Below, in pieces: positions 1-9,912 of a stretch of 64,000 bases of DNA. Below the pieces are notes generated by a model. That model ran no database searches, was not told the origin of the DNA, and saw only the letters and a list, made by a program, of their open reading frames with translations. The position numbers and the translations under genes were made by a program. The stretch comes from a virus (taxonomy: Duplodnaviria > Caudoviricetes): IMG/VR virus record IMGVR_UViG_3300038499_000016, positions 1 to 64,000 of that record; one strand, 5' to 3'. Every line of letters begins with the position of its first letter. The first letter of the stretch is position 1.

Positions 1-15
1 GTTCCCTCTGAGGCA

Positions 16-321
16 TCATTTCGCGGCAGGTTGTTGAGCTTTCAGTTGTTCTTCAACTTTGGCTCGGATCTGTTTTTCCTGATAATCTTTGAGGATGATT
101 TGGGTATTGGTGTCGTAGATGTAGGATGCTTTTTGGGCCTTGAGGTCTGCGACCTGTTTCTCGGCATCGGCTATGTGTTTATCAAACTCTTGGCACTTCA
201 GGGTGAATGCCACCTGAGGTTCAATAGATATCTCAATCTTTTGTCCTTCAGGCTGTGGATTATCCTTCGCAACCTCTGCCGCGGCCTGGGTCTCTTGCAA
301 CTGCTGATTCAGATCTGACAT
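16..321 (-). CDS. hypothetical protein, Gln/Glu/Lys-rich predicted coiled coil
   Basis: 101 aa ORF with GAGGAGG RBS upstream; in an operon with the GT and tail fibre genes. Confidence 0.75.
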   Translation of the reverse strand: MSDLNQQLQETQAAAEVAKDNPQPEGQKIEISIEPQVAFTLKCQEFDKHIADAEKQVADLKAQKASYIYDTNTQIILKDYQEKQIRAKVEEQLKAQQPAAK

Positions 322-344
322 GGGTCCTCCTCGTTTATGTGATT

Positions 345-992
345 CTATAAGACGGTCATTTTTTCATGTCCTACGCGGGCTTGTGGATGGACGTATATAG
401 GATATCCATTCTTACCGGCGGTCAGACAAAAAGATACATCTTCAGAGGAAAAATCTCTAACATTTCCAATTTCATGAAAAATAGGCTGGAACCAAGGATA
501 TTGCAAGGACTCAAAGACGCCTTTTTTCACCAGCATGAATCCCATCCCACAGTAAGCCGCCTTGAAAGGCTGTGATTTCTTGGCAAGGTCCTGGTCGGTC
601 ATAAACTGAAAAGACCCCGTCGTCTTGAAATGTTCTTCATTCCAATGCTCTACCACAGCCAGGTACTTACTACCCTTCATCATGTAGGGACTACAGACAA
701 TGTCTTTATCGGCATCGATGAGCATTTGGAATTGCTCGGGTTTGAAGACGATATCCGAGTCGATCCACATAACGTGGGTATAGTCTACTTCACCATTGAA
801 GGGTTTCTGATCCGGGCCTCGCAGGACATCTCCTCCGAGGCACATGGTGCGGACGTAGTAAATGACGGGGGATTCTTTGCGGGACACGGCAAAGGGAATA
901 TTTTTCCGTATGCAGTATACCAGAAGGTCTGTCCAACTGTCCAGGAAGGTTCCCGAGAAGTGGGACCCTGGCAGGCAGAAAATGATTTTCAT
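345..992 (-). CDS. GT-A fold glycosyltransferase (phage type)
   Basis: WIDSD DxD motif, GMGFMLVK, SEDVSFC and C-terminal VGHEK typical of phage GT-A proteins; directly downstream of the tail fibre. Confidence 0.8.
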   Translation of the reverse strand: MKIIFCLPGSHFSGTFLDSWTDLLVYCIRKNIPFAVSRKESPVIYYVRTMCLGGDVLRGPDQKPFNGEVDYTHVMWIDSDIVFKPEQFQMLIDADKDIVCSPYMMKGSKYLAVVEHWNEEHFKTTGSFQFMTDQDLAKKSQPFKAAYCGMGFMLVKKGVFESLQYPWFQPIFHEIGNVRDFSSEDVSFCLTAGKNGYPIYVHPQARVGHEKMTVL

Positions 993-998
993 TTTATG

Positions 999-3900
999 TT
1001 ATTTGAGTCCGAAATATACGGCAGTAAAATTTCGAGATAGTCCTGATTTGTTTTCTATGTAGTAATAACCTCCAGATACTCCGACATTTACATGAGCAGC
1101 AGTTCCTATTGCAGAACTAAAATATGTTGACACACCCATTTGTAACGTTGATGCGGTGCCATTAAAATTCCAACGTGCTGTACTTACTCCTGTCCAATTT
1201 AAAACAATAATTTCAATATAACCAACCAAAGCTGCTGTCGATAAACCTAAACCAGCAAAAATATTGTACGTTGCATCATTCCCTAACGTAAAATCAAACA
1301 TTCTCATTGTAGTGGAAGGCCCTGTAACAGATAAAGGGGCACTCCCAGAACTTACTACATCTAATGTTGCCGTAGGACTCGTACCTATACCAACAGCTCC
1401 TGTCGTTAATAGTACCATTTGAGAAGTTGATCCGGCTGCTCCTATATAACAAGTATGAGCGCTATAGGTGCCCATCCACCCTGTGCTGGACAAACTATTA
1501 GACATCATTCCAGTACGCACACCAGCAGCATCAACTATAGAATATGGAGCTCCTGAAGCTTCATAAACATGCATTTTAAACGACGGGCTAGTCCCAATAC
1601 CCACATTACCAGCAGAATCTATGCGCATCCGTTCAGTATTATTTGTCCCAAAATAAATAGGCTGTGCAGCTAAAGAATTTAAAGTCACTCCTCCAGATTG
1701 AGTATTCCAAATATACGTTCCATTACCATGTATCATTCCGCTTGATGGAAAGCCCGATCCAAACACTGATATTCCTCCAGTACCAAAACTTGCATCATTA
1801 CCCAACCTTAACGAAGATGCTGCCAGCGTACCAGCATTTGGATTGTATACTAAAATGGCACAATCACCATTAACATTTTCGTGGACATGAAATTTATATA
1901 CGGGACTGGCCGTCCCTATACCAACCTTACCTGTAGAATCTATCGTCATGCAAACAGCATTACTAGTTCCTAAATGTAAACTTCGAGGTTTATCATTAAA
2001 TATCACACTAGAATAAGCAGTGGATCCAGGGAGAATTGATGCGCCAATACTGCTTTCTTGCCCTATAAACAAATCGTTACCAGTATCGTTTATAAACACA
2101 GCATAACAGGCATTTGTAGCCGTCGTGGACTCAACCCGTACAATACCCGTAGTATTACGAATATCTAATGCAGCCCCAGGACTCGTAGTCCCGATACCAA
2201 CAAGACCCGCGGAATCTATTGTCATCTGGACCGAGCCACTGGTGGCCAATTGCATAGAATGGGCATCCTGCACGCCAATAATACCTGCGTACGCAGCCCC
2301 ATTCAAAAAATCTCCCCCAGTGCTTCTTTCACGTCCTACATACATCTGCCCAGCAGTATTATTGAATTGAATGTAAGTTGAATTTGTACCTGTAGAAGAT
2401 TCAACAAGTATAACGCCCCCAGGTGCACAAACATGCAAAGGAGTACTAGGCATCGTACCGATGCCCACAAGACCCGCGGAATCTATTGTCATCCGGATAG
2501 CACCATTGGTACCAAAATGCATGTTATATCCAGAAGCAACACTAATTACTCCAGAATATGCGCTCGTACCAGTAAGAATTTGACTCCCTACACTTGCTTC
2601 ATGGCCAACATAAAACGATCCACCAGAATTTACATAAGAAGCAAAACAAGAGTTCGTGCCCGTCGTAGATTCAGCACGAATAACACAAAGAGCACCACGA
2701 ACATCCAATGTATTTCCAGGACTGTTAGTTCCTATACCCACAAGACCCGCAGCAGAAATACGCATTCTCTCTGTGGTATTTGTACCAAATACAAGTGGAA
2801 TATTTGATTGTACTGACAAATAGCCATACCCTGCAGTCTCAATTCCTACGTCTACCGTTCCACTTGGATCTTGAAATCGAGCATACATAGAAGCAGCACT
2901 GGCAGTATACAGATGTATTGGTGATGCAGGATTCGTAGTCCCAATACCAACAAGACCCCCTGAGCCTATCGTCATATGAACAATATTGTTCGCACCCAAT
3001 CCAAGAGGAGCATTAGCCTCATTAATTAGATATCCCTGATTGGTGTTCGCCTGCTGAAGATAAACACCCAGCCCCGCTGATCCATCATCCCTCACCCGAA
3101 CAACAGGCTGATCACCATACGCATCTAATGTAGTCCCAGGATTCGTAGTTCCAATACCTACATAACCTGTAGAAGCGACCCTCACAGCCTCCGTCATGAC
3201 ACTACCACTGGTCGTGGTCTGTAAAGATAACGCAGACTGATGAGTAGTGTGATTCTGATTGATACACACAATCTGTGCGTTTACAGAAGAACTATCGGCA
3301 AACGTAACATCTTCAGTATTGTTCGTGGTTCCATTGGTGTTCTGAATAAGAATACGCGGTGAATGCCCCGCCGTCAGACCTGTATTAGCATCACCACTTC
3401 TCAGCCGAGCAGCATCAGCCGTAACCATCACAACATCTAACCCAGCAGTAGGATTCGTAGTCCCAATACCTATCCTGTCCGTTATCGTCCCCGGATACAT
3501 ATTCGGAGCAGTCCGGATCCAATAAGAAGACCCACCAACCGCCCCATCCACATACGACTTCACAGCATTCTGCGTAGACAAAATGTTATCAGAAGTACCC
3601 AAGGCCGTCGACGTCGATATCTCATTCACCCAACTACCCGTGTACAACCGCAACGACCCCTCCACATCCAACGTCGTCAACGGCTGCGTCGTACCTATAC
3701 CCACACTGCCCGTCGCATCAACCACCACCCGCTGAACCCCACCCGTCGCCAACTGTAACTGCGTAGCCTCGTAATTCCATATTTCCAAATTGTTCGCAGC
3801 ATCCAACCGCAATACCGCCCCATCCCCTGACCCTATCCCTGTCCCAGCATTCACAATCTGTATACCAGGAACATTACTCCCCGTAGAATTCACAACAAGC

Positions 3901-4247
3901 GTAGGACCCGTACCACTGTTATTCAACCCCACCACATAATCCGTACCAGCATCCGTCTTGTTCACAATAAACGCCGGCTGAGGATCACTCTGCTCAATCA
4001 TCAACTGATCGTAAACAACCATCTCAGCACTCAAAGCGTGGATTACAGCCGTACCATCCACCCTAAACCCACCACTCACCGTAGCATCCCCACCTATGTA
4101 CGCGCCTAGCCCTATAGATGCCGTCCCATCTACTACCATCGACCCCGTATTGTGAAGACCCGCGACTACATACGACGAATCCGACGGATCCAACTTCGTG
4201 TGATCTATCGCATTGTTCTCTACCCATTTCCGTGATACCTGAGACAT
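999..4247 (-). CDS. tail fibre/spike protein with GIGT repeats
   Basis: 1082 aa, Gly/Ser/Thr-rich; 10 repeats of the ..RMxIDxxGxVGIGTxxP..LxV type; GGAG RBS; no S74 chaperone domain seen. Confidence 0.85.
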   Translation of the reverse strand: MSQVSRKWVENNAIDHTKLDPSDSSYVVAGLHNTGSMVVDGTASIGLGAYIGGDATVSGGFRVDGTAVIHALSAEMVVYDQLMIEQSDPQPAFIVNKTDAGTDYVVGLNNSGTGPTLVVNSTGSNVPGIQIVNAGTGIGSGDGAVLRLDAANNLEIWNYEATQLQLATGGVQRVVVDATGSVGIGTTQPLTTLDVEGSLRLYTGSWVNEISTSTALGTSDNILSTQNAVKSYVDGAVGGSSYWIRTAPNMYPGTITDRIGIGTTNPTAGLDVVMVTADAARLRSGDANTGLTAGHSPRILIQNTNGTTNNTEDVTFADSSSVNAQIVCINQNHTTHQSALSLQTTTSGSVMTEAVRVASTGYVGIGTTNPGTTLDAYGDQPVVRVRDDGSAGLGVYLQQANTNQGYLINEANAPLGLGANNIVHMTIGSGGLVGIGTTNPASPIHLYTASAASMYARFQDPSGTVDVGIETAGYGYLSVQSNIPLVFGTNTTERMRISAAGLVGIGTNSPGNTLDVRGALCVIRAESTTGTNSCFASYVNSGGSFYVGHEASVGSQILTGTSAYSGVISVASGYNMHFGTNGAIRMTIDSAGLVGIGTMPSTPLHVCAPGGVILVESSTGTNSTYIQFNNTAGQMYVGRERSTGGDFLNGAAYAGIIGVQDAHSMQLATSGSVQMTIDSAGLVGIGTTSPGAALDIRNTTGIVRVESTTATNACYAVFINDTGNDLFIGQESSIGASILPGSTAYSSVIFNDKPRSLHLGTSNAVCMTIDSTGKVGIGTASPVYKFHVHENVNGDCAILVYNPNAGTLAASSLRLGNDASFGTGGISVFGSGFPSSGMIHGNGTYIWNTQSGGVTLNSLAAQPIYFGTNNTERMRIDSAGNVGIGTSPSFKMHVYEASGAPYSIVDAAGVRTGMMSNSLSSTGWMGTYSAHTCYIGAAGSTSQMVLLTTGAVGIGTSPTATLDVVSSGSAPLSVTGPSTTMRMFDFTLGNDATYNIFAGLGLSTAALVGYIEIIVLNWTGVSTARWNFNGTASTLQMGVSTYFSSAIGTAAHVNVGVSGGYYYIENKSGLSRNFTAVYFGLK
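2200..2493. repeat. 27 nt exact direct repeat between adjacent tail-fibre modules
   Basis: acaagacccgcggaatctattgtcatc at 2200-2226 and 2467-2493. Confidence 0.8.
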
Positions 4248-4259
4248 CTAAGTATCTCC

Positions 4260-4505
4260 TTATGAACGGTCGTAAATAATCCTGATCTTGGAACTGGCAT
4301 CAAGCATCGAATACAATCCGTATGACCCACTATCCCACTTCACATTAGTCCCATCCACGTAAAAATCCCCAGTCAATGCCTGCGAAGTACCACCAATAAT
4401 GTCCATGGCCACATTACTACTGACCAATGGCGTACCCGATAACGCAACATACCGGTTAGAACTGTCCGTGGTCGACAAAACTATGTAGTCTACCTGAAAA
4501 GCCAT
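4260..4505 (-). CDS. small putative virion structural protein
   Basis: ATG 4505 with AAGGAG RBS; Ser/Thr/Gly-rich beta-type sequence; first gene of the tail fibre operon. Confidence 0.7.
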   Translation of the reverse strand: MAFQVDYIVLSTTDSSNRYVALSGTPLVSSNVAMDIIGGTSQALTGDFYVDGTNVKWDSGSYGLYSMLDASSKIRIIYDRS

Positions 4506-4560
4506 AATCACAAGCTCCTTGGAAATACATTTTCCCCGGAAGTATCAGTACCTACGCTAT

Positions 4561-4573
4561 ATTAAGAGATTAT
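4561..4573 (-). promoter_or_regulatory. phage promoter-like motif ATAATCTCTTAAT
   Basis: copy of the recurring intergenic motif, oriented toward the tail fibre operon. Confidence 0.7.
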
Positions 4574-4589
4574 CGAAAGGACACCACCC

Positions 4590-5120
4590 ATGTTCCAAAT
4601 CCCCGACAACTACCCCTCCGGCCTCAATACCCTCGAACTAGAATACCCATGGCTCACCCCAGGAGCCATATTCTACCTCGACCGAACCATCAATAAATCC
4701 CACTCAGTACTGGAATTCGGATGCGGTGGATCTACAATGTTCTTCGCCCGTAGAACCCTCTCCGTCTCCAGCTTCGAAACAAACCCCCAATGGTACCAAA
4801 AAGTATCAGAAACCATCACCCACCGAAACCTTACCAACGTATCCCTTACCCACATAACATCACTCCCCACCCTACAGGACTCCTACGACATCATCCTCAT
4901 AGACTGCGAACCCGCCCAACTCAATCGTATCCGTGCCGCCATACACGCCCTACCACACCTCAAAGACCGAGGCATCTTCATAGTCGATAACTATGCCGCA
5001 GACTTCTGCACAGGCATCCAAGACCTATTCCCAGGCCCCTGGGGTAACCCATGGCAATACCTCACCTTCGATGACCCCGCCTGGGCAGGAAGAGGAACAA
5101 GAATATTTCATAGAAGATGA
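4590..5120 (+). CDS. class I SAM-dependent methyltransferase
   Basis: VLEFGCGGST motif I, DIILID, GIFIVDN. Confidence 0.8.
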   Translation: MFQIPDNYPSGLNTLELEYPWLTPGAIFYLDRTINKSHSVLEFGCGGSTMFFARRTLSVSSFETNPQWYQKVSETITHRNLTNVSLTHITSLPTLQDSYDIILIDCEPAQLNRIRAAIHALPHLKDRGIFIVDNYAADFCTGIQDLFPGPWGNPWQYLTFDDPAWAGRGTRIFHRR

Positions 5121-5187
5121 GAAATGGTGTATATTATATATAATAAAGTCTTAGCCAGGCACCATAAACGCCTAGAGGATATACCCA

Positions 5188-8082
5188 ATGTCAGATCGAT
5201 GGACCCCCCAAGAAGATACCACACTCAAAGATATCTATCGAACCAGCACTAAGAAGGACATCCTAGAACGCCTACAAAAGCCCTGGATGACCATCCGCAG
5301 ACGCGCCGTACGACTAGACCTACACCGAGACACCGCCCTCATAGACGAAGACAGAAAACTTAGATTCGGACCCAGATCCGATGCCTGGACCCCCGAAGAA
5401 GATACCATCCTACGGGACATCTACCCCCATAACACCAAAGAGACCATCCTGTCCAAAATTGATAGGTCCTGGGGTGCCATCCATATCCACGCCCAGTTCA
5501 TGGATCTCCACAGAGACCGAGAAATCGTAGTCCGAGAAATGATCTCCGGCGGGAAAACCGTTACCCAACGAGAAGACTTCTGGTCCGAAGAAGAAAATGA
5601 CATCCTCCGCAAAAGCTACCCGGTAGGGTCCAAAGAAGACATCACCACCCAATTACCCAAAAGAACCTGGAAATCCATCAGAGAACACGCAATACGCTGT
5701 GACCTCATAAGAAACAACGACCAAATACAACAAGAACGCATCGCAAAACAAAAAGAAACCATGCTGAAGAACTATGGCGTGGAATACTCTACCCAACTCT
5801 CCAGCATGCAGGAAAAGAGCCGGCAAACCAACCTGGACCGCCGCGGTGTAACCTACCCCACCCAGTCCGAGTCCGTAAAAGAAAAGGTCAAAGAGACCGT
5901 CAGAGCTAAGTATGGCGTCGATAACGTCTTCCAAGCACCAGAAATCAAACTAAAAGCCATACAGACAAGTCTCTTCGAGTTCGGGGTAGAACACCCAACC
6001 CAGAGCCCCGAAATACAGGCCAAGACCCAGGCCACTAATCAAGAACGATATGGTGTGGACAACACATTCCAACTACAGGATAGGGTGAAGGCAGGGATGC
6101 TTGAGAAATATGGGGTAGAGCATCCCCAACAGCACCCAGATATTAGAGAAAAAACTCAAAAAACAAATCTTCAGCGATATGGTACACCCACTCCTAGCCA
6201 GAATCCTCAAGTACGGGAAAAATTAATAGCAATACTGAATACACCGGAAGTAAAAGAAAAGAAATACCATACACTCGTACATAGGGGATCTTTAAAAGTA
6301 TCTTCTGAAGAAACGGCCTTATTTGAGTATCTGAAACAGATAGATCCAGAAACAGAGACTCAAAAACTTCATCCAATAACCCGTTCAGTCATAGACTTCT
6401 ATCTTCCAAAATACGACTTGTGGGCCCAATATGACGGGTCCTATTGGCATAATGAGGGAAAATCTGGGGATGGACCACAGGCAGAAAGCATCAAGCAAAT
6501 AGTAGAGCGTGATAAGATGCAGAATGAGATGATCCCAAATCTCATTCGATTCAAATCTGATGAAGTCACAACAGCCATTAAATCCAACACGATCGTTCCT
6601 TTCCTACAAAACTGCATAGATATCCGACTCAAAGAAATTCCCGCGGCCTACAGCTATCAGTACGCCAAGAAGTTGGAGCACTACGGAGCCGACATTGCCA
6701 CACTGCCCTTCAATCCAGAATCGCTCTCAGCTTCTGATTTTGACCTACTGAAAGAAAACTTCACCCCAGAAATCACAGAGTTCATAGAGAAGTATGAATG
6801 GCTAGGTACAATAGGAGTAAGTCCAAAATGGTGTTTTACTGCCCGCTATAAAGGCTTTTTGGGTGGGGTAGTTCTCATAAATGAGCCTACTTCATACTCC
6901 AAAATACTGGGCGAAGATACCCCTACATACGAAGCATTGATTCAACGAGGAGCAACGGTATCCTGGGCTCCAAAAAATCTTGGTAGCAGACTTATCATGT
7001 TTGCCTGTAAATGGGTAGTTCAGAATACAACTAAACGAGCTTTTGTAGGATACTCAGACATAAGCGCCAATGAACGAGGCATCATCTATCAAGCCTGTGG
7101 TTTTGATTATCTCGGAGACAAATTCGGAAATGATGCACTTTATAAGCACCCCTATTTCGGAAAAGTCTTTTCCAGTCAGAGTCTATCCCGGACATCAGTG
7201 TTCAAAAAATGGTGTCGAGAGAATAACATTCAGACGAAACCAACATGGTTCAAGGAAAACGGATTCAAAAATCTATCTGAAATTCCTGAAGATATAAGGG
7301 TCGCCTGGCAGTCGTGGAAGAAAAAGATTATCTCTGAATCAGAAAAGATATGCATCAGAAAAAAGCGGAAATATGTTCTTATTTTGGGCAAGAATAAAAG
7401 AGAAAAAAAGATCCTAATCAGTAAGAAGACCTACGAACATCTGCCCTATCCAAAAGAAACCATGATTGCGGCCCCTTCTCTTGGTCATGGAAAAACTACC
7501 AGTAGAGGAAGTGGAGTAAAGATCCAATTCCTGAAAGATAATTACGACAAGATGAGTCGAGATGAACTTGCGGAACAACTTGGGGAAAACCGAAGATGGA
7601 TAAAACGACGATTACAGAATCTTTTTGATAGTGGGGCTTTAATTCCTCACAGACCTCAGCCAGCTAAAGAAGATATGCTTTCCGAGGATAAATGGACGGA
7701 TCTTATTAAAGCTCGGGCCTTTGAACTGAGAAGGAAGTACTTAAAAACACTGAAAGAAGTATCAGAGGCTTTGAACAAAGAATTCAATTTCAAAATAGAA
7801 GCCGGATCACTTCATCTATGGCTGCACCGTCTTGGATGTCCCGCCCTCACAAAACAGGAATGGCTTAAGGAATATTTTCCGGCAGAAGAAGCTACGAAAC
7901 TTGTGCAGCAAAAATACCGCATCATTGACATATCAAAACATCTACAAACTCAGTACGGAATCCGTTTCTCAGAAGATCTGATAGGACTTCATCTATCAGC
8001 TATCGGAGTATCTACCGCTAAAAAACTCACTAAATCTGAGAAATCTCCTAACGCTGTCCAGGGTTTGTTTCCTCTGGAATAG
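5188..8082 (+). CDS. multidomain DNA-binding/endonuclease-like protein with Mom-like GNAT domain
   Basis: N-terminal WTPEED/WSEEE Myb-like repeats; ~6 YGVxxPxQ repeats; IDFYLP..QYDGSYWH Vsr/DUF559-like core; GSRLI..YSD...E.GIIYQACGF Mom-like segment; C-terminal HTH-like helices. Confidence 0.65.
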   Translation: MSDRWTPQEDTTLKDIYRTSTKKDILERLQKPWMTIRRRAVRLDLHRDTALIDEDRKLRFGPRSDAWTPEEDTILRDIYPHNTKETILSKIDRSWGAIHIHAQFMDLHRDREIVVREMISGGKTVTQREDFWSEEENDILRKSYPVGSKEDITTQLPKRTWKSIREHAIRCDLIRNNDQIQQERIAKQKETMLKNYGVEYSTQLSSMQEKSRQTNLDRRGVTYPTQSESVKEKVKETVRAKYGVDNVFQAPEIKLKAIQTSLFEFGVEHPTQSPEIQAKTQATNQERYGVDNTFQLQDRVKAGMLEKYGVEHPQQHPDIREKTQKTNLQRYGTPTPSQNPQVREKLIAILNTPEVKEKKYHTLVHRGSLKVSSEETALFEYLKQIDPETETQKLHPITRSVIDFYLPKYDLWAQYDGSYWHNEGKSGDGPQAESIKQIVERDKMQNEMIPNLIRFKSDEVTTAIKSNTIVPFLQNCIDIRLKEIPAAYSYQYAKKLEHYGADIATLPFNPESLSASDFDLLKENFTPEITEFIEKYEWLGTIGVSPKWCFTARYKGFLGGVVLINEPTSYSKILGEDTPTYEALIQRGATVSWAPKNLGSRLIMFACKWVVQNTTKRAFVGYSDISANERGIIYQACGFDYLGDKFGNDALYKHPYFGKVFSSQSLSRTSVFKKWCRENNIQTKPTWFKENGFKNLSEIPEDIRVAWQSWKKKIISESEKICIRKKRKYVLILGKNKREKKILISKKTYEHLPYPKETMIAAPSLGHGKTTSRGSGVKIQFLKDNYDKMSRDELAEQLGENRRWIKRRLQNLFDSGALIPHRPQPAKEDMLSEDKWTDLIKARAFELRRKYLKTLKEVSEALNKEFNFKIEAGSLHLWLHRLGCPALTKQEWLKEYFPAEEATKLVQQKYRIIDISKHLQTQYGIRFSEDLIGLHLSAIGVSTAKKLTKSEKSPNAVQGLFPLE

Positions 8083-8192
8083 TGCAGTGGAGACCCTGAG
8101 CAAGGGATGCTGAGAAGGACCGCATTAGCTTAGCCGTATTAAACGGCTGCCCTACAGCACGCTACTCCCAGTTTATTAAATGGACCTGATCT

Positions 8193-9752
8193 CTATACTG
8201 ACATTGGACGAGACGGTTCAATCCAGTTCCTTCTACTTTGTACACCTGGTCTATTCAAAGGTCCAAGGGCCGAAGTGATACCAATCCCGTATCTCATTTG
8301 TCTAAGTCCTTTAATAATCTTTATGGAGCGCTTAGCCGCTTCCACGAGCTTATCGTACTCGGCAATGTACTCGTCCTTCATTGATTGATACTTAGAGGAC
8401 TTCTCTATGTCAAGAGACACGCCGGATATCGAATATGTATTATGAACTAATATTCCAGAATCTGTTACGGCATTCTCTGTATCAGGAACAGACACATCGT
8501 AAGTATTCTGGCATTGATCCTGCTCTACTACACCCATAACTTTTACCGGACCAAAATTCTGATCTGGAAGGCCCACAACAAGATCTCCAAATTTTAAGCT
8601 ATCCGTTCGTATCGGTTCTTTATTGGGCCATCCAAATAAACTATGATCTTCCGTTACCACCACAGATCCAGTGTCAGTGATAATTTTAAACATTCTCTTA
8701 TGTGGAGTATTGTGCCTTAGAACATCAGCTAAGGGTCTCCATACAGGTTTGTCATCCTTATTTTCCATGGACTGTACTGTCAATTTCCCCTTCAGCATTG
8801 AGGAAATTATCTTCTGCCTGTTTACCTCTCTGCGCTTTTCCTGCAAAGTTCTAATGCATTCTATACCTGCCTTAGGATCTTGCTTTAATTCATGTTCCTT
8901 AATCCTGATTATCACCCATCCTCGATTTCTTAAAAACGATGTCTTCCTTTTATCAATATGCTTTATTCTATCTTCCCCTTGAAAACCACAGGATAAGCAT
9001 CCGTGCCAGTAACAACCATCAATTTCAATCGCAATCTTGGCCAAAGGATCCGCCTCATCTAACGAATAAGGGCCATAGGCATATTCTGATATAAACCCTG
9101 TAAGGCCTGCCTCAAGCATACGAGTCTTGTACCCTATATGCAATTTGCTTTGTTTTTCTAGAAATTTTCTAGCATTCTGAGCAGACGCTTTCAATACTTC
9201 GATATTCTCCAAAGCATAATTCTTCATTTTAGCCCTGAATTTAGGGTCACTCCACATTTTTTTACTCTGGACACTGTGTAACAATCTGACTTCAGGACGA
9301 TTATTAACTTCCCGAGATTTTTCAGACTTTCTTCTCTTAAACTCAGGATCTGCATTCATTTCCCGACTCTTCTGCCCTATAATTTTTCGGGTCTCCTCAC
9401 CAACAGAAGTCTTAAATCTTTCTATAAGTTTTCTAGACTGAGCCACTTTTTGTTCTTCCGTTTTTTGCTTTCTAGCCATATATAACGAACTATATATAGG
9501 GCTGAATCCAGAAATATTACAGCACGCATTGTGCTTCTCCGTCACGCAAGCCATCCTCTTCCCACACTTAGGGCACGAAACATAATGAACGCCCTCTTCC
9601 AACATTCCAAAAACAGAATCATCTATAAATATCCGCTTCTTAATACTCCGAGACTCAACCTTAAATTCAAGAGCACCTTCCGCACACAGAGCATCAATAA
9701 GCTGTGGTTCTATATTGTATTTCTTACAGAACTGCCTCTTTGAGATTCTCAT
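8193..9752 (-). CDS. Vsr/DUF559-like endonuclease + C-terminal split-intein fragment + 81 aa C-extein of a virion (adaptor-like) protein
   Basis: CPKC zinc finger; EIDGCYWH...GWVIIRIKE nuclease; intein block B TEDH; blocks F/G TYDVSV...GILVHN|T; own AGGAG RBS 7 nt upstream of the ATG. Confidence 0.85.
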   Translation of the reverse strand: MRISKRQFCKKYNIEPQLIDALCAEGALEFKVESRSIKKRIFIDDSVFGMLEEGVHYVSCPKCGKRMACVTEKHNACCNISGFSPIYSSLYMARKQKTEEQKVAQSRKLIERFKTSVGEETRKIIGQKSREMNADPEFKRRKSEKSREVNNRPEVRLLHSVQSKKMWSDPKFRAKMKNYALENIEVLKASAQNARKFLEKQSKLHIGYKTRMLEAGLTGFISEYAYGPYSLDEADPLAKIAIEIDGCYWHGCLSCGFQGEDRIKHIDKRKTSFLRNRGWVIIRIKEHELKQDPKAGIECIRTLQEKRREVNRQKIISSMLKGKLTVQSMENKDDKPVWRPLADVLRHNTPHKRMFKIITDTGSVVVTEDHSLFGWPNKEPIRTDSLKFGDLVVGLPDQNFGPVKVMGVVEQDQCQNTYDVSVPDTENAVTDSGILVHNTYSISGVSLDIEKSSKYQSMKDEYIAEYDKLVEAAKRSIKIIKGLRQMRYGIGITSALGPLNRPGVQSRRNWIEPSRPMSV

Positions 9753-9912
9753 TTTTTAACTCCTGTATCGATTCAATAGCATCTTTTTTGGCCTGTCGGG
9801 TAATCTCTTCTAGCTTATCCCCATACATCATGTTGAATAGTTCTCGTACTGTAACGGAGAACTCTTCCCCGTGTTCATCCTTCACAGTAAACATTTCATT
9901 TCCATCTAGACT
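8439..9912 (-). mobile_element. split intein with associated endonuclease
   Basis: Ser1 codon at 9912-9910, terminal Asn at 8441-8439, Thr+1 at 8438; the blocks lie in two reading frames. Confidence 0.8.

Noticed and set aside
8082-8160. tRNA gene
   Set aside because: Cloverleaf-like shape, but no D-loop GG or T-loop TTCRA consensus, and arm lengths are non-canonical on both strands.
9751-9757. -1 programmed frameshift at A AAA AAT joining the intein halves
   Set aside because: A -1 shift meets TGA at once; the downstream ORF is in the +1 frame and has its own well-spaced RBS.
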